The notes beneath the pieces were generated by a model, which saw nothing but the letters and a program-made list of their open reading frames with translations, had not been told where the DNA came from and did not search any database. A stretch of DNA of 64,000 bases from NCBI RefSeq assembly GCF_040938485.1, contig NW_027271913.1:1302001-1366000 (forward strand), read 5' to 3'. The stretch comes from Diadema antillarum (lineage: Eukaryota). This document shows positions 60,198-64,000 of the stretch, in pieces. The position numbers were made by a program, and so were the translations under genes. How positions within the stretch are numbered: the first letter of the stretch is position 1; every line of letters starts with the position of its first letter.

Positions 60198-61414
60198 GCC
60201 TTCCCTAAAAAAGGCTGTGCAGATGAACCGGCCATGGGGTTGGAATGTGATGTTCGGCGGTCATAACCCCTCCCCAACGGGCGGGTGAACCCAGTCGACG
60301 TGTATTGACGGCGAGATGTCACATCCGGTTTCTTGTACGGCTGGAACCGTGATTGCTCTCGTGTGAAGCGTGATTTCATCATGCCTGACATTGTTTTCCT
60401 TTGTTCTTGGATCTCTTTCACTTGGCGCCCCAGGTCATCTCCAAACAAGTACTTAGTCACTTTGTGAGAGGGCTTGCACAGGTGGTGGAAATTTGAGTTC
60501 ATGTCAGGCTTTATGCTGTCCTTTCTCATGCAGTTGAGGGAGAAGTTTGCATCGCAGAGAAAAGCCATAGCATCCTGCTGAGCTTCAGACAAAGTTGCTG
60601 GAAGGGTACGAGCAAACGCGTTTATCCCTTTCAAGAGGGATGATTGGATCATTTGTAGTTTCAGATCCCTGTGTCTCGTCCCCGTCGAGATGTTCTCCCA
60701 GATAGTGCTGTTCACTTTAGGGGTTTCTAGACATGTGCAGTTAGATGGGCAGGGGTAGCGAGTTGCTGCTTCGTCGAGAGATTTCTGGTCAAGTTTTTGT
60801 CCCATCATATACACAATGGTGTCCGCGACATCCTCATCTAGTGGTTCCCCTATCCCGGACGGAGCCACGAATTTCTGAGCCATTCGTGGTATCTTGAATT
60901 CTGGCCGTTTGTCTTTATCTGCCTCCTGTAGGCCTACGTCCGAAAACAAGCTGACCGCGTCATCGCGGTTTGCCGATAGGAAATCAGCCACGCTGCGATT
61001 ATCCGCCAATTCTATGACGGGTGGTGAGCTGCTACCCCTTTGTGTGTCGCAGTCGCCATATTCACTAAAACAATCCCGCGGCGTGTTGGCATGTTGTTCT
61101 CCATGATGAGGAGTGCTCAAAGTCTCGATCATTTTTTCGAACATTGACTCGAGTTTCCCAATGCGGGACATAACCTCCGTGCTATTTTCCGCTGTAGTCA
61201 CAGTCGGGTTGGGAGCGGTAGCAGCTGGTGCGGGCGGGTTCGGCTGTGCCTTCCCCGAAGCCGCGGGGCGGGATGCCTTAGGCCTCCCGCCGCTAGACAG
61301 AGTTTTGCCTGCAGCCTTCTTCTTTGCTGCCGGAGCTGGGCTGGCCTTAGGCTCACACAGCTCGGTATCTTTTTTGGCTTTTGCCTTCTCCGATTTGTCA
61401 GCTGGTTCATCCAT
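60083..61414 (-). CDS. DIRS gag-like ORF1 (443 aa from first ATG)
   Basis: Long open frame. The C-terminal half (LETPKVNSTIW, D.KLQ.IQ, AFLCDANFSLN..RK..IKP, YLFGDDL) is typical of DIRS ORF1. The track start at 61432 is GTG; the first ATG is at 61414. Confidence 0.85.
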   Translation of the reverse strand: MDEPADKSEKAKAKKDTELCEPKASPAPAAKKKAAGKTLSSGGRPKASRPAASGKAQPNPPAPAATAPNPTVTTAENSTEVMSRIGKLESMFEKMIETLSTPHHGEQHANTPRDCFSEYGDCDTQRGSSSPPVIELADNRSVADFLSANRDDAVSLFSDVGLQEADKDKRPEFKIPRMAQKFVAPSGIGEPLDEDVADTIVYMMGQKLDQKSLDEAATRYPCPSNCTCLETPKVNSTIWENISTGTRHRDLKLQMIQSSLLKGINAFARTLPATLSEAQQDAMAFLCDANFSLNCMRKDSIKPDMNSNFHHLCKPSHKVTKYLFGDDLGRQVKEIQEQRKTMSGMMKSRFTREQSRFQPYKKPDVTSRRQYTSTGFTRPLGRGYDRRTSHSNPMAGSSAQPFLGKAWRGRPRDPPHTYTPTAAREGGNKQPTYHRQSQSQGRK

Positions 61415-61720
61415 GCTGAGAACGATAATCACGCTTGTAAGAGAGCACGAATTCAGTTCCGTATTTCCGCAGATTTCGATGATATTTTCCGATTTTTCGG
61501 TCAGATAAAAATCGCTTCGCGATCGAACATTGCGCTGGAACGAAGATGGCGATTGCGCGCGGAACGGCCTCTCATATTACGCAAATTCAGCCAATGGCTA
61601 ATGCGCAGCCAATGGCTGAATTCTCTACCGTACATTACGAGATAAAATACATGTGTAACTATACACGTCATCTGATCTCTGGTCAGGCTAGATAACAAGC
61701 AGTCGCAAAATACACAGCAG

Positions 61721-61862
61721 CAGTGGCGGATCCAGAGGGGGGCCGTCTTTATTTCTTGTTAAAACAAAAGAAAGAAAAAGAAAATTATGGGGGGGGGGCG
61801 CGTGCGCCCCCTTTAATTTTGTATAGGCGCCTGCCTTTACGGAATTCCTGGATCCGCCCCTG
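61721..61862. mobile_element. GGCGGATCC-type MITE, opposite orientation
   Basis: CAGTGGCGGATCCAG...CTGGATCCGCCCCTG. Confidence 0.7.
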
Positions 61863-63139
61863 CAACAGTACTCTCTTTGCACCAAAAGAATCTCGATTTG
61901 AATTTCATGGCTCTTGTTTCTTTCCAACAATCACATATATGCGCATGTGACCTGGCAGACTGTTTACTCTTTGACTATTTGTCATTGTTGTTGATGTTAT
62001 GTTCAGCTTCAGTGAGCTTCATTCATTCAGCCTGAGTTCATCAAACAGGTAAGACTTGCTCGAATGGTGGGGCATTTACGTACCTGGTGTAGCTGGCTGG
62101 TAACCCCGGGGCGCTCCTTCAGTGGGCTTCACACAGTAGAACGCTCCCCTTCGCGTTCGGGCTGGTCGTAGTTAGTCGCAGTGCATCAGTAACGTTAGTA
62201 AATTTTACTTGTAGTTGATCGGCATGGTTACCGTGGGTCTTCTCACGGCCACGACGGGAGGCACTGTGTGAGCTTGCTTGATCATGAGCATATTTCTTCC
62301 CGATCCAATACCTTCTAATCTGTAATCAGTGTTCAGGTGTCTTTCGAGTTCAGTAGTCGGTGTTCGATACTTGCAGCAAGAGCAAAAGTCAAACTCTGAG
62401 ACGACGACGCGTCAGCGCAGTAGTCTGGGCCTGGTATGTATCACGTGCATGGTATCAGTGTCACCTGACAGTTGCTAGCGTTTATTGAAGGTGTCACCTG
62501 ACACACTGAGTACGAGTAGTCAAGAGCGAACGAATCCACGTTTCGATACTACGCTGGATAATGCTATCTCCACGCACTGATGCCGATGTCGTGAGTATCA
62601 CCATATTTTAAGTTCGGTGTCTCACTCACTGTGCTTAATTTTTTCATGTAAGACGCTATGTAACATATTCATCCAACGTTTTAACTACTACTTACGGGAG
62701 TAGGTGCCGAGCAGAGTATGGAAGTGCGTAGTCCCATATCTTAAAATCTGTGTAATGTTCGCTGAGTACCGGAACACCACACCATGGCCATCCCTTGTCC
62801 TATTACCCCGACGCGGGGCATCGGCACTGTAACTTTTTTGGGGTCGCCATGTCCATGCACCACCAGCAAACATGCATTGCATGCATGCAGCAGTATGATA
62901 AGTCACTAGACCTTAAAGGACAAGTCCACCCTTGTATACATATGGATTGAGTGAATGCAGCAATAATAATATTTGTACAGTAAATTAGAGGACATCATAG
63001 CCCGACCAGACGCTGTTACGCTATGCGAAAACAGCGTCTGACGAGCGCGGCATGCAGCCTCAAAGTGAGGAACCTCAACACAACTACAAAACTTAGGAAA
63101 ATGTATACTTTTCTCCTTTAAACAGAATACTTTACTCAC

Positions 63140-63621
63140 GTTAAATGCATGTTTCTATTACAGAAGAATAGTTCGCCACACTGGGTCCATGGAGACCACT
63201 TGCGATAAGTCCGTGGAACAAATAAAATGACACTTTCTGGCGCAATTCCTGACCGTCGGGCTTCGTCGTTGCAGGATTCAAAATGGCGCCTTGACTTATG
63301 CGCATGCGTGACCGGATGTGCTCCAGAGCGAGCGCGTGTGCGTTGAAAGTGTCGAACAAACCTTGGCGTCTGCTACACAATAACCGTGGTATGGAGCTCA
63401 ATGCTCCTCGCCCGACCAGAGGCCAGCCGCCGCCATAAGCCCAGTACAGTTTATAGCTGTATACTGGTAACAGTGCGTACGCTGCTTGAGTGTAGCAGCA
63501 CGGTCAACAGCGCGACCTTTTGAAAGGGCATTCACATCACGTGACCACCCGATATCTGAATTTGGCCTGGCGTGAAAGATTGTGTACGGTGTGGACATGC
63601 TGGATATGATGATCAATTTTG
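63140..63621. promoter_or_regulatory. CpG-rich, possibly bidirectional promoter (FTCDNL1 first exon on -, unknown gene on +)
   Basis: YY1-like CAAAATGGCG at 63279-63288, NRF1-like TGCGCATGCG at 63299-63308, and E-box TCACGTGAC at 63537-63545. There is a minus-strand donor gtgagt at 63139 and a plus-strand donor gtaagt at 63622. Confidence 0.45.
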
Positions 63622-63842
63622 GTAAGTTTCATTACGTACATTTGAATACTGATAGCATCAGATGTAGAGTAAATATTGAAGAGTATACTCGATGAGTTTG
63701 AGGTGACAAAAACGAACGTAAGTATCGAAAGTCAAAGCTATCGTGATACAATTACGTCGCTCTCCTAGTGGTTGGTGGTCGCGCTCGTACAGCCCTGTCG
63801 CGACGTACCATGTACAGCGACTGGGCTGTGTATAGTTAAGGA

Positions 63843-64000
63843 CATCAGTAAAAGTTTGGGGAAAATCTGACAATCTGTTCAAAAGTTATGAATTTTTTAA
63901 GTATCTGCACAGTCACTGCTGGATGAGAAGACTACTAGAGTGTATGATGTCACATGCGTACAACGGTATAAGGAAAATATAAAGAGAATATCACAAAATG
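63843..64000. mobile_element. Partial copy of the same Kolobok-like MITE family, running off the window end
   Basis: Shares catcagt..aaagttt..gaaaatc.gacaatc....caaaagttatgaattttt and gctggatga..agactact with 31790-31930. Confidence 0.7.

Larger units (their letters stand above)
56691..61649 (-). mobile_element. Full-length DIRS1-type tyrosine-recombinase retrotransposon (~4.96 kb)
   Basis: It has gag-like, RT-RNaseH-MT and YR ORFs. A perfect 85-bp inverted terminal repeat lies at 56753-56837 / 61543-61627. The internal complementary region 56937-57085 is complementary to both outer ends (56691-56765 and 61570-61649). Both ends finish in TTTT on the sense strand and there is no TSD. Confidence 0.97.

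Noticed and set aside
60894-61508. Plus-strand ORFs antisense to DIRS gag and pol (also 58021-58386, 58411-59589)
   Set aside because: Shadow ORFs of the GC-richer coding strand with no motifs.
61691-61701. GATAACAAGCA repeats the left flank of the DIRS insertion (56681-56691) and looks like a TSD
   Set aside because: It is about 40 bp away from the ICR-defined right end, and DIRS elements make no TSD; likely a pre-existing local duplication or chance.

Overview
Eukaryotic, intron-rich, AT-rich genomic DNA from a marine invertebrate; an echinoderm such as a sea urchin is likely but is inferred only from the repeat landscape. Four spliced host genes were reconstructed by hand from GT-AG sites and frame continuity. 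(1) The last two exons of FBXL16 (+). (2) A complete 5-exon ATP5PD gene, ATP synthase subunit d, 161 aa (+). (3) A 13-coding-exon, ~840-aa cytosolic protein with an N-terminal Macro-like domain and three tandem TIR domains (-). (4) A 5-coding-exon, 344-aa formiminotransferase-like gene, FTCDNL1 (-). A full-length, apparently intact DIRS1-type tyrosine-recombinase retrotransposon (56691-61649, -) sits in the 5'UTR intron of FTCDNL1. It has perfect ITR/ICR repeats and three open ORFs. Introns carry many non-autonomous DNA transposons (pogo/Tc1-, Sola2-, Kolobok-, piggyBac-, hAT- and Helentron-like), tRNA-derived SINEs and microsatellites. Two observations stand out. First, the Macro + 3xTIR protein combines in one chain the signal-making (TIR) and ADPR-sensing (Macro) modules of bacterial type II Thoeris. 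Second, the DIRS element appears to encode a frameshift-plus-splice expression switch: a U_UUU_UUA -1 slippery site opens the ATG-less pol frame, and a phase-0 intron (58159-60077) would swap RT/RNaseH/MT for the recombinase, giving Gag, Gag-Pol and Gag-YR from one promoter. All functional statements are inferences; no searches were run.
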